Of a stretch of DNA of 64,000 bases, positions 47,204 through 57,494 are shown one piece after another. Positions within the stretch are counted from its first letter, which is position 1. The number at the start of each line of letters is the position of its first letter. A program made the translations under genes and the position numbers. The stretch is from an uncultured bacterium. GTDB lineage: Bacteria > Chloroflexota > Dormibacteria > Aeolococcales > Aeolococcaceae. A model generated the notes under the pieces. It ran no database searches and was not told the DNA's origin. It was given only the letters and a program-made list of their open reading frames with translations. The DNA is taken from positions 392,413 to 456,412 of the forward strand of contig CAVQTJ010000018.1 of the NCBI GenBank assembly GCA_963716555.1, in the 5' to 3' direction.

Positions 47204-47456
47204 CGCCTCAGCCGCTAGCGCCAGCGGCGGTGTCGAAGCTGATGAGGAGGTTCGCCGCCTGGACGTGGCGCCGTCCCCGGGATCGCCGATCGCGTGTGCG
47301 CCGGCTCGCTGCGCGGCGGTGCGGACGTTCCGACCATGTCTCGATCATCACCGGCCCCGAGACGCTGCGGAATAGGAACTGTGCCACCTTCTGGGACGAT
47401 CGCCCGGTTCGCGTGGGACGAGCGTCCGTCCCGGCGCCGGTCCCCGATTGGCCCGA

Positions 47457-49499
47457 TCAAGCGGAGGCTAGCGTATCGACCAGGCGACGCTCCGCGAGGT
47501 GGCGGGCATATCGTGCAGCCGTTCTCGGAGTGACGTTGACCAGCTCCCCGGACGACCCGCCAGCTGCCATCCAGCGGCAGATTTCGAAGAGCGCCCCACC
47601 TCGCCGCCAAATCTCACCGGTGAAGGCCCACAGGCAGGTGTCAAGGGTGCCGATGAGCCATCCCGGTCGGCGGCCACGGAGCAACCGATGCTCGGCTCGT
47701 CGCAGGTCGGAGAGGTGGTTCACGGTGATGAAGGGCGACCAGCCGTCCCACCTTCCAGCGGTGTAGGTGAGGGCCACGATCCCGGGGACATCAACCACAA
47801 CTCGGGGAGGGCCGGAGAAGGACGAGGCAGTGAAGGCGTATTCGAAGCCCGCGTCCCGCACCGCCTCGAGCACCGTCCGGCCGGGCGGGCCCGGGCGGAA
47901 GTCGGTGAAGGGACGGATCGGCTCAAAGAGACGGCGGACGGGCGTCTGGCCGACGGTGCTCCGAAGGGATCGCCGCGAACGCTCGCTCCTTCCGGACTCG
48001 CCGACCGCTGAAGGCGGCCGGGGCTGGTAGCGCAGGCGCACGTATGGAGGGTCGGGGTGGGCGGCCAGCCGCTTCGCCGGCTGGCGGATGAGCGCGGCGT
48101 CCATCAACGGCCACCATCCTCGAGGGACACGCTCTCGCCCTCCAAGGCGGCTGCCGAGGTCGTCGACCGCCCGTTTCAGCGTTGCCGCGAACCGGTCCGC
48201 CGGTGCCTCGAACTCGAGCAACACGCCGAGGCCGGCACAGCCGAGGAGCGGCTCGACACGGGGAGCCAGGCCGCCCGAGCTGAGCGGGAACTCAGTGAGG
48301 GTCAGCGGCGGATGGGGCATGTGGGCGAAGCTCTCGGTGGTCAGCACCAACCCGCCCGCCGCTCCGGTGAGGCTCAGGATGTCCGCAAGCGGGTAGAGGT
48401 TCTCGAGCTCACGCGCCATGCCAGTCCAGAAGATGAGGGTTGACACCACCTTGCGTTGCCGCGCCCAAATCGCCAGCTCCGCGTCGTCAGGCTCATCGCC
48501 GGCCCAGGGGTTGCCCGGGAGAGGGGTACGCCATGCCGTGCCGAACTCGCGAAGCACGGGGAAGGGAGGTCTCCCCGGGTCAATCACCTGGAAGGCAGCG
48601 CCCAACCGTGAGAGAGCGAGGAAGTCGTCATCGTGGTGTTGGCGGCCGAAGACAACGGGGGTCTGGCCCAGCGGCTCCGCGAGACGCTCGATCACCTCCG
48701 TTTGCGGAGACCCGTGGATGGGTGCCCATCCCTCGCGGGTGGCGGTGGGGATCCATCTGCCGACAAGCTCAGCATCTCCGAGAACGAAGCCGCGCGTCGC
48801 CGTGGCCCAGCGCTCGGCCATCCAGGCGGTCTCCTCGGCGACCGACGTCGTCTGCGCGAGTCTCAGCTCCTTCGCTCCGGGAGAAGGGACGTCGGAGGCC
48901 CAGAGCGATTCGACCTCCCTGCCACCGCGAAGCGCGGCAAGGGCGGCCTCATCTCCCTCGGAGATCGCCAACAACCGGCGGTTCACGACCTCGGGGAATG
49001 CGAATGGCGTCAGTGACGATCCGGGGCAGCGACCCCCTCCGATCACGAGGAGAGTGTCGGGAACGGGGATCGGTGAGGACTCGAACATCTCCTGATAGAA
49101 GATGCCGACATCGGGGCTGCGCGAACGGAAGCTGACACCAGCGTCGTCGAGGGTGGCTGCGAGGACTGCCGGGCCCAGAGAGGCCGCTTCACAGTCGAAT
49201 CGCAGCAACAGCAGGAGGAGTTGCTCCAGGTGGTGAGCTCCGGTCAGAAGCCCCCCGCGCATCTGGTTCGGGTCGGACCCAGGAGGGAGGCCGCCGAAGT
49301 GGATGCCGGTCGGCCGGGCATCGTAATAACACTCGAACAGCTTCCCTTCAGAAGCGGCGAGCCAGGCGAGTGTGGCGCACACGGTGTCGCGGTGCGGATG
49401 CTGGGCCGAGGTGAGGAAGAGAAGGAGCCGGGGCCTCTCAGTCACTAACGCGAGTACCAGGGCCGGGCGCTCGACCCCTCCGATCCCCCAGGCGCGCAC
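47457..49499 (-). CDS. Large hypothetical protein of 680 aa, possibly a polysaccharide deacetylase or glycoside hydrolase. The upstream ORF 49445-49834 may be its N-terminus.
   Basis: Protein-like composition throughout, with no signature motif I recognise. The GTG start overlaps the upstream ORF. Confidence 0.4.
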   Translation of the reverse strand: MRAWGIGGVERPALVLALVTERPRLLLFLTSAQHPHRDTVCATLAWLAASEGKLFECYYDARPTGIHFGGLPPGSDPNQMRGGLLTGAHHLEQLLLLLLRFDCEAASLGPAVLAATLDDAGVSFRSRSPDVGIFYQEMFESSPIPVPDTLLVIGGGRCPGSSLTPFAFPEVVNRRLLAISEGDEAALAALRGGREVESLWASDVPSPGAKELRLAQTTSVAEETAWMAERWATATRGFVLGDAELVGRWIPTATREGWAPIHGSPQTEVIERLAEPLGQTPVVFGRQHHDDDFLALSRLGAAFQVIDPGRPPFPVLREFGTAWRTPLPGNPWAGDEPDDAELAIWARQRKVVSTLIFWTGMARELENLYPLADILSLTGAAGGLVLTTESFAHMPHPPLTLTEFPLSSGGLAPRVEPLLGCAGLGVLLEFEAPADRFAATLKRAVDDLGSRLGGRERVPRGWWPLMDAALIRQPAKRLAAHPDPPYVRLRYQPRPPSAVGESGRSERSRRSLRSTVGQTPVRRLFEPIRPFTDFRPGPPGRTVLEAVRDAGFEYAFTASSFSGPPRVVVDVPGIVALTYTAGRWDGWSPFITVNHLSDLRRAEHRLLRGRRPGWLIGTLDTCLWAFTGEIWRRGGALFEICRWMAAGGSSGELVNVTPRTAARYARHLAERRLVDTLASA

Positions 49500-49830
49500 G
49501 CCAGGGTGATGAGGTGTCGGGGTGGGTTGCTGAGGTCCGACGCGATACGGACGCGCGCCAAGTCCAGCCCCCAGCGCGCCGCGAAGCGCATCGCCGTGGC
49601 CCGTTCAGGGACCAGGAGGACGGCGGATCGCCTGGCCTGACGGCGCTCCAACCAGGCTCGAGTACCATGGCCGACAGGTCGAACCGCGGCTGGGTCGAGG
49701 AGGCTGACCAGGCGTCTGCGATCACGGGCACCCAGGAAGGCGCCCAAACCCCCCGCGATGGGCACCACGAGAGGCTCGCTCCCCTTGGGCGCGCCCGATG
49801 CCCGATAGCGCAGCGCGGCAACGACATCCA

Positions 49831-50998
49831 TCATGCCGAGAGGCCGCTGGCCGCCAGCGCGCGAGGTCCGGCGATGTCCTCGTAGACGCCGACCAGCCTC
49901 TCCACCATGAGGTCGAGGTCGAAGTCAGCGGCTCGCCGCTGGGCAGCCCGTCCGATCCGCGCCAGCAGAGCAGGGTCGTCCAGCGCCTTGTCGACCTTCT
50001 GGGCGAGAGCGGTGGAGTCGCCCGGTGCGACCAAGAAGCCATCGACTGAGTCGGTGATCATCTCCGCCAGGCCCGTTCCCTCTGTTGCCACCACGGTGCG
50101 TCCGAGGACCATGGCTTCCAGACATGCGTTGGCGAGGCTCTCGAAGCGCGAGGGCATGACCACCAGGCTCGCACCTGCCACGATCGGAAAGAGGTGATTC
50201 TGCGTCGCGGCGGGCAAGAAATGCAGACGAGCCCACTGGTCACCACAGCGCTCGCGAGCGATGTCGGCGAACGGCCGTCCCTGCATGCCCAGGTCCTCAC
50301 CGACGAAGACGGCATGAATCTCTGGGTGGCTCTTGAGGACGGTGGGGAGCGCCTCGATCCACGTGTCCACGCCCTTGCGTCGCTCGAGGCGCCCGAAATA
50401 AAGAACATAGTCGAGCCCACGGAGGCTCGCGGGCAGGCGAGCAGCGTCGGCGCGGGGGGTCTGGATGCCGGTTGGAACGATGGTCACCGCGCCCGGGGAG
50501 AGCCGCCACCGCTGGGACACCTCGTCCGCGAGCACCCTGGAGGGTGAGATGAACTCGAGCGCTTCGGCGCGTCTGAGATCGCTCCAGCCAGCGTCGGACG
50601 AGCGCCACTGGGGGGCGCCGTCCGGCTGCGCGATCGTGTGCGTCGATGACGAAGTGGGGGGTCGCCAGCCGGGTTACGAGTTTGCCGCCTGCTCGCAGGG
50701 AGTACCACCAGGCCTCTCCCCCCCATTCGCACGCCTGGACGACGTCAAGCCGACCCAGGTGGTGAAGCGTCCGACTGACGACCCACGAGCGTGCCAGAGC
50801 CCTGGGTCGAACGCTGGGACTGGGGACCCGGTGGATCTGGACCCCGTCGACCAGTTCCGTCGTCAACCGGCTGGAGCCTGGCACGATCACATGGACCTCG
50901 TGTCCGAACCCCGCCAGCGCTCGAGCGGTCTTGTCCGTATATGCCCCGATCCCGCCTCCGCTCGGAGGCGACCCCGGACTGATCATGGCGATCCGCAT
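49831..50998 (-). CDS. GT4-family glycosyltransferase split by one frameshift at a G6 run (~50610-50615).
   Basis: The N-domain (ORF 50297-50998) reads 'MRIAMISPGSPPSGGGIGAYTDKTARAL' and the C-domain (ORF 49831-50535) reads 'LYFGRLERRKGVD...PSRFESLANACLEAMVLGRTVVATEGTGLAE'. Removing one C/G at the homopolymer joins 'HDRAAGRRP' to 'QWRSSDAGWSDLRRAEALEFISPSRVLADE'. Confidence 0.7.
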
Positions 50999-51135
50999 GG
51001 GTTATGACCTTAACCAGCTCTTTTGGTTATGACAAGGGTCGCTTCAGCCGAGTGGCGGACGGCTGTCTCACTGGACCGGGACATTCGCCCAGCGCGGTGA
51101 CCGGCCGTCCAGTGAGCGCTCGCATGCGGGCCAGC

Positions 51136-51858
51136 CTACGGATCCGTCCGACAAACGGCGAGGAAGTGCTTCGGCGCGAGGCTCGGCCCGAACGTACGCT
51201 CCTCGACTACGCGCAGGCCGGCGTCGGCGAGCATGCCCTGGAACTCCCGGTGACTGTGATGAGTGACGGTGGCGGCCCACTCCGGGAGAACACCGCCGGC
51301 TCGCCAGGTCTGAAGCCAGCGGGCCGGCCGCCGGCCCACATACGTTGGATACCGCAGCATCCAAAGCGCGTTGCGGTTACTTGCCTCGGCCAGGATCAGC
51401 CCGCCCGGCGCGACAACTCGGGACAGCTCGCGCAGGGTTGCTGTCGGATCGGGGAGGTGGCAGATGAGATCGACCGCGATGGCTGCGTCGAAGGAGCGAT
51501 CCCCAAAGGGGAGGGCCGCTCCCGCGTCCAAGCGAACGGTCTGCAAGGCGGAGGGCTGGATCCCGGCCGCCGCCGCGGTTCTGCGAGCCAGCTCCAGCAT
51601 CTCCTCAGAGATGTCGGCGAGCGTGACATGGTGGTGCTGGGCCAGAGGGACCGCCATCCGCCCCGGCCCGCCGCCGAGGTCGAGCACCCTTCCCGCTGGC
51701 AGCCTCCCGACGATCTCCACGACCGCGTCTCGCTTGGCCGCATACAGGTGGCGGAATGGGTTGTGCCGATCCTCCGGTCGGAAAAGGTCGACGTACTCGC
51801 CCCCCGTGAACACCGACCGTGTGAATGGATGCCTACCGGGCGAGGTGCCGGTCATCAT
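51136..51858 (-). CDS. Class I SAM-dependent methyltransferase.
   Basis: Motif I is 'VLDLGGGPGRM', with the post-I acidic residue in 'TLADIS' and motif II 'AAIAVDLICHL'. Confidence 0.75.
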   Translation of the reverse strand: MMTGTSPGRHPFTRSVFTGGEYVDLFRPEDRHNPFRHLYAAKRDAVVEIVGRLPAGRVLDLGGGPGRMAVPLAQHHHVTLADISEEMLELARRTAAAAGIQPSALQTVRLDAGAALPFGDRSFDAAIAVDLICHLPDPTATLRELSRVVAPGGLILAEASNRNALWMLRYPTYVGRRPARWLQTWRAGGVLPEWAATVTHHSHREFQGMLADAGLRVVEERTFGPSLAPKHFLAVCRTDP

Positions 51859-51898
51859 GCTTGCGGGTTCACAACTGCGCGGCGGGAGGACTGGTCAG

Positions 51899-53152
51899 TC
51901 ATCGCCGCCGCGCCGGGCCTCCGGTCACCTCAGCGTGAAAGGCTTCGAGACGGTTCGCGGCGGCCGTCCACCCGTAGTGGTCCACCATCAGCGAACGGCC
52001 CTCCGCTCCAAGGCGGGCGCCCAACGCGGGGTCGGCCATGAGGCGGAGGATCTGATCCGCCATCGCGTCCGGCTCATCGGCAAGGATCAGGTGCATGCCG
52101 GAAACGACATCGATGCCCGCGGCACCGACTGTGGTGCTGACCACCGGCCTTGCCATGGAGAGCGCCTCAAGGATCTTGAGCCGCGTGCCTCCTCCCGCTC
52201 GCAGCGGAGCGACCACCACGCCGGCCCGCTCGAGAAAAGGCCTGATGTCCGGCACCCATCCGGTGTAACGAACTCCTGCCAGCCCGCGGAGCGACGCCGG
52301 GACCTCGTCGCCCACAACCTCGAGCACCGCACCCGGCCTGACCCGTCGCACTCGCGGCAGGACACGCCGGGCGAACCAGGCGACCGCGTCCGCATTGGGC
52401 CGGTAATTCATCTTGCCGACGAAGACCATCCGCTCCGGGTCCGCAGCCGCCCTGGCGGGCCGCAGCCGATCGGTATCCACGGCGTTGGGCACGACCGTCG
52501 TGGGCAGGCCGGTGCACGTCCGCCTGACCACGGCCTCGTCGCCGAGGGACGTGGTCACGCAGCCATCCGACCGACCCCAGGCCTCCCGCTCGTCGTGTCG
52601 GACCTTGTTGGCCTCGACGGCGCCATAGAGGCGCCGGACCGGAGAGGACTCCACCCGCGCCACCTGCCGAAGAAGGTCGTACTCGATGTTGTGCTCATCC
52701 AAGACCACTGCGGTGGTGCCGAAGTCGAAGCACATCATGGCGCTCGACTCGACCTGGACCATGTCGAAGCCGCCGCCAGCCAGCTCCTCCTGGATGGCCC
52801 GCTGCATCGCCTGGGATCGAAGCGCGCTGAGGTGGAAGGAGGAGCGGCCGCAGAGCGAGATGAGCTGGCGCCGACGTCGGGACCTGAAGGACGGCGGCGG
52901 CTGGACTGGGCGAACCCGGTGGAGGCTGCGGGCGAGCTCCGACCAGTCGCTGAGCTGGGCGGAGGACGCATAGGCGAGGAGGGTCACCCGGTGCCGACGT
53001 GCCAGCTGGGTCGCGAGATGGAAGACTCGCACTCCGAAGCCCCAGGTCGGCGGCGCTGGGGCTTCCGGACACACCAGCAGCACTCTTCGAGCCTCCGGTT
53101 CAACGTCCGCCGCGGGCACCACGCACCGGTCTCCTCGGGTCAGCATCATCAA
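51899..53152 (-). CDS. GT4-family glycosyltransferase.
   Basis: The C-terminal Glycos_transf_1 signature reads 'RVVVAPLRAGGGTRLKILEALSMARPVVSTTVGAAGI'. Confidence 0.7.
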   Translation of the reverse strand: MMMLTRGDRCVVPAADVEPEARRVLLVCPEAPAPPTWGFGVRVFHLATQLARRHRVTLLAYASSAQLSDWSELARSLHRVRPVQPPPSFRSRRRRQLISLCGRSSFHLSALRSQAMQRAIQEELAGGGFDMVQVESSAMMCFDFGTTAVVLDEHNIEYDLLRQVARVESSPVRRLYGAVEANKVRHDEREAWGRSDGCVTTSLGDEAVVRRTCTGLPTTVVPNAVDTDRLRPARAAADPERMVFVGKMNYRPNADAVAWFARRVLPRVRRVRPGAVLEVVGDEVPASLRGLAGVRYTGWVPDIRPFLERAGVVVAPLRAGGGTRLKILEALSMARPVVSTTVGAAGIDVVSGMHLILADEPDAMADQILRLMADPALGARLGAEGRSLMVDHYGWTAAANRLEAFHAEVTGGPARRR

Positions 53153-53324
53153 GCGTGAGAAAGCAATTGTCCGCCGCGCATGGCGCGATCTTAGGCGGGC
53201 GCCACTCGAGGAACCATGGGACCGGGCGGGCGGTGGCGGGACAAACGTCTCGGCTGAAACGACGCCTTGGACACCGTCAGGACGGTGACCGTCGGATCAC
53301 AGGCGGCGCGATATTCATCCTCCT

Positions 53325-54362
53325 TTATCGATGCGACGCCAGGTCGGCGAGGTCCTGAGCCAGGCGACCGGCATACAGCCGCAGGCTGAACCGGGCCACC
53401 GCCTCGTCCCGGGCGTTGCCGCCGAGCCGGCGCCGTTGTGCTGGGCTTTCCAGCAACGTCCGCAGCGCTGATCCAAGCGCCCGAGGGTCACCCGGCGGCA
53501 CCAGCACCCCAGTCTCTCCGTCCAGGACGACTCCCGCCAGGCCCTGCGTCGCAGACACCACGGTGGGTTTGCCCATCGCCATCGCCTCCAAGACCGTGGT
53601 TACCCCGGCAGGGAAGTCCGTTTCGATGAGCGGAACCACCACCACCTGAGCCCGCGCGTAGATCTGGCGGAGCTCCTGGTAGCCGACTCTCCCGCGTTGC
53701 ACGCTCACCGGCCAGTTGATCGGCGCCGAGCGTCGGGCGCCAGGATTGTGGAGGCTGGCATCGGAGACGAAGACCCGTGCCGGCAGGGTGGCACAGGCCT
53801 CAGCCAGGCTGCGGTAATCTCGGTGCTCGCGGCCGGGGGCGGCGATCAGAGGCTCCTCCGCGACGGCCTGCGGCGCCCAGAAGTCGGTGTCGACTCCGTA
53901 GTGCACGAGTTCCACCTTCCCATTGGCGAGCCCAAGGCGGCGCCGTGCCAGTCGGAGCTGGCGCGTGGAATGCACCAGGATCCGATCGATACGCCGTTCG
54001 GCGTGGAGAACGCGGAAGCAGGGCACTTTGGCCGTTGTGGTCAGATGATGGCCGATCATCAGATGGGGGGCGCTGATGCCCAGGGCACGCATCGCCAGGG
54101 CGAGCGGGATTCCAAGGTGCTCGCCATCCGTCAGCACCGCCTCGGCTCGGGCGACGGGGCGCAGCGCCACCCCGACGTGGCGGAGGGATCGGGTCATGCT
54201 GCGGTGTCCCCCCTTCCGATCGGCCAGAGCCGACCAATCCAGGAGGCGCACCCCGTACGCCAACTCGAGCCTCAGAAACTCGGGGCACGGCCGCTGCAGG
54301 TCGGCAACTTCGGACCGGAGACGTGGAGTCACGTCAGCTGAAACCAGCATGATCCGGGTCAC
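53325..54362 (-). CDS. GT4-like glycosyltransferase.
   Basis: 'VVVVPLIETDFPAGVTTVLEAMAMGKPTVVSATQGLAGVVLDGETGVLVPPGD' is the GT-B C-domain E-x7-E region. Confidence 0.65.
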   Translation of the reverse strand: MTRIMLVSADVTPRLRSEVADLQRPCPEFLRLELAYGVRLLDWSALADRKGGHRSMTRSLRHVGVALRPVARAEAVLTDGEHLGIPLALAMRALGISAPHLMIGHHLTTTAKVPCFRVLHAERRIDRILVHSTRQLRLARRRLGLANGKVELVHYGVDTDFWAPQAVAEEPLIAAPGREHRDYRSLAEACATLPARVFVSDASLHNPGARRSAPINWPVSVQRGRVGYQELRQIYARAQVVVVPLIETDFPAGVTTVLEAMAMGKPTVVSATQGLAGVVLDGETGVLVPPGDPRALGSALRTLLESPAQRRRLGGNARDEAVARFSLRLYAGRLAQDLADLASHR

Positions 54363-54363
54363 T

Positions 54364-55554
54364 CTAGGCGACCGCTGTTCCGGCCCGGACCCTCTCGTCG
54401 CGCCTGGCCACCTTGGTCATCACCTCCACGACCGAGCTGTGGCTCCGCAGCTCATCGTGCTCCGCCCATGCCTTTTCGAGGTTCCGGCTCCCGATCACGT
54501 GGCGCAGCTCGGGGTGGTCGATGAGGGTCCCCAGCGCAACCGCGAGTGCCTCCGGTGACGCAGGCGGTACCAGCAGGCCGTTGTCGCCGTCGCTCACCAG
54601 CTCGGGAACAGCGCCGACGGGGCACGTTACCACGGGCAGCGCGCACGCCATCGCCTCGACGATGACGTGCCCGTAGCATTCGCCTCGTGTCGGGAGGGCG
54701 AAGATGTCCGCCCTGCGGTACAGCTCGATCAGCTCGGGGGAATCGGCGGCGATCCCCTGATGGACGCGAACCCGAGCTCCCCGGGGAATGTGGCGCGGTG
54801 CGGCCGTGGTCACCAGGTCGCACTCTGCCCGGTCGCCGATCAGGGCCATCGCCTCCAGGAGATCGGTGCCACCCTTGCGAACGAGATCCCCACCGACAAA
54901 GAGGACCCGGACGGGTCCCTCGAGCCTGCGTGGCCGGGGAGAGAAGCGGCTCAGATCGACTCCTGGGCGGATGACGTGAACCTTCTCCGCAGCCACCCCG
55001 TAGTCGTTCACCAGTGACTCGGCGGCCCACCAGGACCAGGTGATCAGTGCCGCAGCGGTGCCGAACAACGCCTGATAGATCCGGAGCTTCACGGATTCAG
55101 CAAGCCAGCCTTGGCGGCGGTGGTGGTAGGCGGCGCCGAGCCGGTCGTAGTTGGCCGGGGTGGCGTCCATCGAGATAACCGTCGGAACCGTACGGATCAT
55201 GTCGCGCGCCAGCAGCGAAGCGCACTGGGTGTGGATGAAGAGGGCGTCGATGGGTGTGCCCCTCGGGCGGCGCCTGAGGGCAGATCGCGTCTGCCAGCTG
55301 GTCTGGAGAGTGTGGTTGGCAAGCCCGGGAATGTGGCGCGTCGGGCCGCTGTGGGTCGGGGCAACTTGTATGAAGGTCGACGACACTCGCCGGTCGGCGG
55401 CGACCGACCGCTCGAGACGAGCGCCGTAGACCCCGCCTCCCAGTGACTGCTCGAGGACAAAGACGAACTCTGGTCTCACTGTGCCGATCGTATTGGCCTC
55501 GGGGTATGCGAACCATGGGATGACGGGTGGTCCGGCGGGCTCAATGGGTCCCAT
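54364..55554 (-). CDS. GT4-family glycosyltransferase.
   Basis: 'ADIFALPTRGECYGHVIVEAMACALPVVTCPVGAVPELVSDGDNGLLVP'. Confidence 0.7.
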   Translation of the reverse strand: MGPIEPAGPPVIPWFAYPEANTIGTVRPEFVFVLEQSLGGGVYGARLERSVAADRRVSSTFIQVAPTHSGPTRHIPGLANHTLQTSWQTRSALRRRPRGTPIDALFIHTQCASLLARDMIRTVPTVISMDATPANYDRLGAAYHHRRQGWLAESVKLRIYQALFGTAAALITWSWWAAESLVNDYGVAAEKVHVIRPGVDLSRFSPRPRRLEGPVRVLFVGGDLVRKGGTDLLEAMALIGDRAECDLVTTAAPRHIPRGARVRVHQGIAADSPELIELYRRADIFALPTRGECYGHVIVEAMACALPVVTCPVGAVPELVSDGDNGLLVPPASPEALAVALGTLIDHPELRHVIGSRNLEKAWAEHDELRSHSSVVEVMTKVARRDERVRAGTAVA

Positions 55555-55797
55555 CGCGCCGGGAGAATCACCTGGTGATGGGACGGGATGGGGGCGACGA
55601 CCTGGGGGTTGTTGGAATGTCCCTGGGCGAATGTCCCAAGGCGATCGAGATCACACTCTTCGCCATGGGGGCTCCGGCGCCGAGACAGGCGCCCACCGCG
55701 GGCTGCGGCATCCCATGGATCGCCTGGCCGGATTGCGCCTAACCTCGTAGGTGGCATGGAGAGTTGAGCGGACCGGGCGACGCGCGCGAGCATCATC

Positions 55798-56784
55798 GTG
55801 GCCAGCAGAAACCGGCCCGAGAGCCTGAGTCGCTGCCTCTCAAGCTTGGTGGCCGCCCTTCCGCCTGAAGCGGAGATCATCTGCGTCGATCAGAGCGATT
55901 ACCCCCTGGCACGCGAGAAGATCCCCGCTGCGGCACGACTGAGTTACCTTCCATCGCCACGGCGCGGCGCCTGCGCCGCCCGCAATGATGGCGCCGCCGC
56001 GGCCGGAGGCGAGCTCCTGCTGTTCACCGACGATGACTGCATCGTCGCGCCGGGGTGGGTCGAGGCCTGGCTCGGTGTCTTCGATGGGCTTCCCACCGCG
56101 GACATCGGCTTTGGCCCGGTTCGAGCCCTTGAACCTGACTGGGGCGGCGGCTTCACCCCCGGTTTCGACCCCGGTGCCAGGGACCTCCGCCATGGGATGG
56201 GTGTTCTTCGGCGCGGGCCGCAGGCTCTCGGTCTCGGGGCCAATATGGCGATCCGGCGTGCGGCCTGGCGGGACGTGGGCGGGTTCGACGAAGTCCTCGG
56301 TGTCGGCAGCCACTACGCTGGCGCCGAAGAGAGCGACATCGCCTACCGTGTCCTCCGGGGTGGAGGTGAGCTAATCCACCATGCCGGCCCGCCCGTTGTG
56401 CACGACGGGTTCAGGCCTCAGGCTGAGGCAGCTCGGCTCTCCATGAGGTACTCCGCCGGCGCTGGCGCCATGTACATGAAGCACGTCCGGTGCGGCGATC
56501 CTCGTGCGATGGAGTACGCGCTCATCAACACGTGGCGGATGCTCCGAGCGCCGGCGCTGGGTCTGGTCACCGGCAAACGGCCACTTGGCCTCCGAGCGTT
56601 GTGGGCGTACTCGGTCGGAGCGACGTCGTCCCTACGTCTCGGCATCGATCACTCCCGCCGCCGGTACCGATCTGGCAGCCTTGAGAGCCGCACCGCGCCT
56701 GGAGCGCCAGCGCCTGACCCATCCCGCGAGTCGTCATCGAGCCGGAACGCAAGGCCGGGGCTCGAGCGCATGGGGCTCAGGTGA
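55798..56784 (+). CDS. GT2-family glycosyltransferase.
   Basis: 'ASRNRPESLSRCLSSL', 'EIICVDQSD' and 'LLLFTDDDCIVAPGW' (which contains DxD) are typical of GT-A. Confidence 0.7.
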   Translation: MASRNRPESLSRCLSSLVAALPPEAEIICVDQSDYPLAREKIPAAARLSYLPSPRRGACAARNDGAAAAGGELLLFTDDDCIVAPGWVEAWLGVFDGLPTADIGFGPVRALEPDWGGGFTPGFDPGARDLRHGMGVLRRGPQALGLGANMAIRRAAWRDVGGFDEVLGVGSHYAGAEESDIAYRVLRGGGELIHHAGPPVVHDGFRPQAEAARLSMRYSAGAGAMYMKHVRCGDPRAMEYALINTWRMLRAPALGLVTGKRPLGLRALWAYSVGATSSLRLGIDHSRRRYRSGSLESRTAPGAPAPDPSRESSSSRNARPGLERMGLR

Positions 56785-57494
56785 ACGAGCAGCGGCGGAC
56801 CGTGAAACACCAGGGCGGCGGCCGGAGCGCGGGCGTTGCTCGCGCCGCCTTGACCTTCGACGACGGACCCTCGGCCTGGACCGATGCGGTTCTCGAGGCG
56901 CTGCAGCGACGCGGAGCCAAGGCCACCTTCTTTGTTCTCGGCTGCGCGATCGAAGGTCGAGAGGAGGTTCTCCGCAAAGTCATCACCGCAGGGTGTGAGC
57001 TGGGGGTCCATGGCTACTCTCACCGGCCCCTCACAGACCTGTCCAGCGACGAGATACGGGACGAGATGCGCCGGACCATCGCCCTGGTGGAGGAGGCGAC
57101 GGGTCAGCGACCTCGGCTCTGGAGGCCGCCCCAGCTGAGGGCGGACACCCGAGTTCGTGCCGTCTGCGCTGCGCTGCGGCTCCGGGAGGTCTGGATCACG
57201 GTCGACACGAGGGACTACATCGCCGGGCCGGATGAGGTGGTGGAGCGGGCGGTGGCCGGATTGCGGCATCGGGCCATCCTTCTTCTCCACGACGGCCGGG
57301 CGGCGACCGACGCCGCCGAGGAGAGTCAGATGAGCCGCGAGGGCACCGTGATGGCGGTCCCCCGGATCCTGAGTGAGGCGGGACGTCGCGGGTTCCGCAT
57401 GGTCACCGTCTCCGAGATACTGAGGCCACCGTTTCGTTCGCTCTCCCATCCCGCAGTGCTGTGGGCCGCTTCGCGAGCGGTGGTGCGACGGTGA
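56781..57494 (+). CDS. Polysaccharide deacetylase (CE4, NodB homology).
   Basis: 'LTFDDGP' is motif 1 and 'GVHGYSH' is motif 2; 'LLLHD' follows. Confidence 0.8.
   Translation: MNEQRRTVKHQGGGRSAGVARAALTFDDGPSAWTDAVLEALQRRGAKATFFVLGCAIEGREEVLRKVITAGCELGVHGYSHRPLTDLSSDEIRDEMRRTIALVEEATGQRPRLWRPPQLRADTRVRAVCAALRLREVWITVDTRDYIAGPDEVVERAVAGLRHRAILLLHDGRAATDAAEESQMSREGTVMAVPRILSEAGRRGFRMVTVSEILRPPFRSLSHPAVLWAASRAVVRR

Noticed and set aside
51371-53158. 595-aa + strand ORF
   Set aside because: It is antisense to the methyltransferase and GT4 genes.
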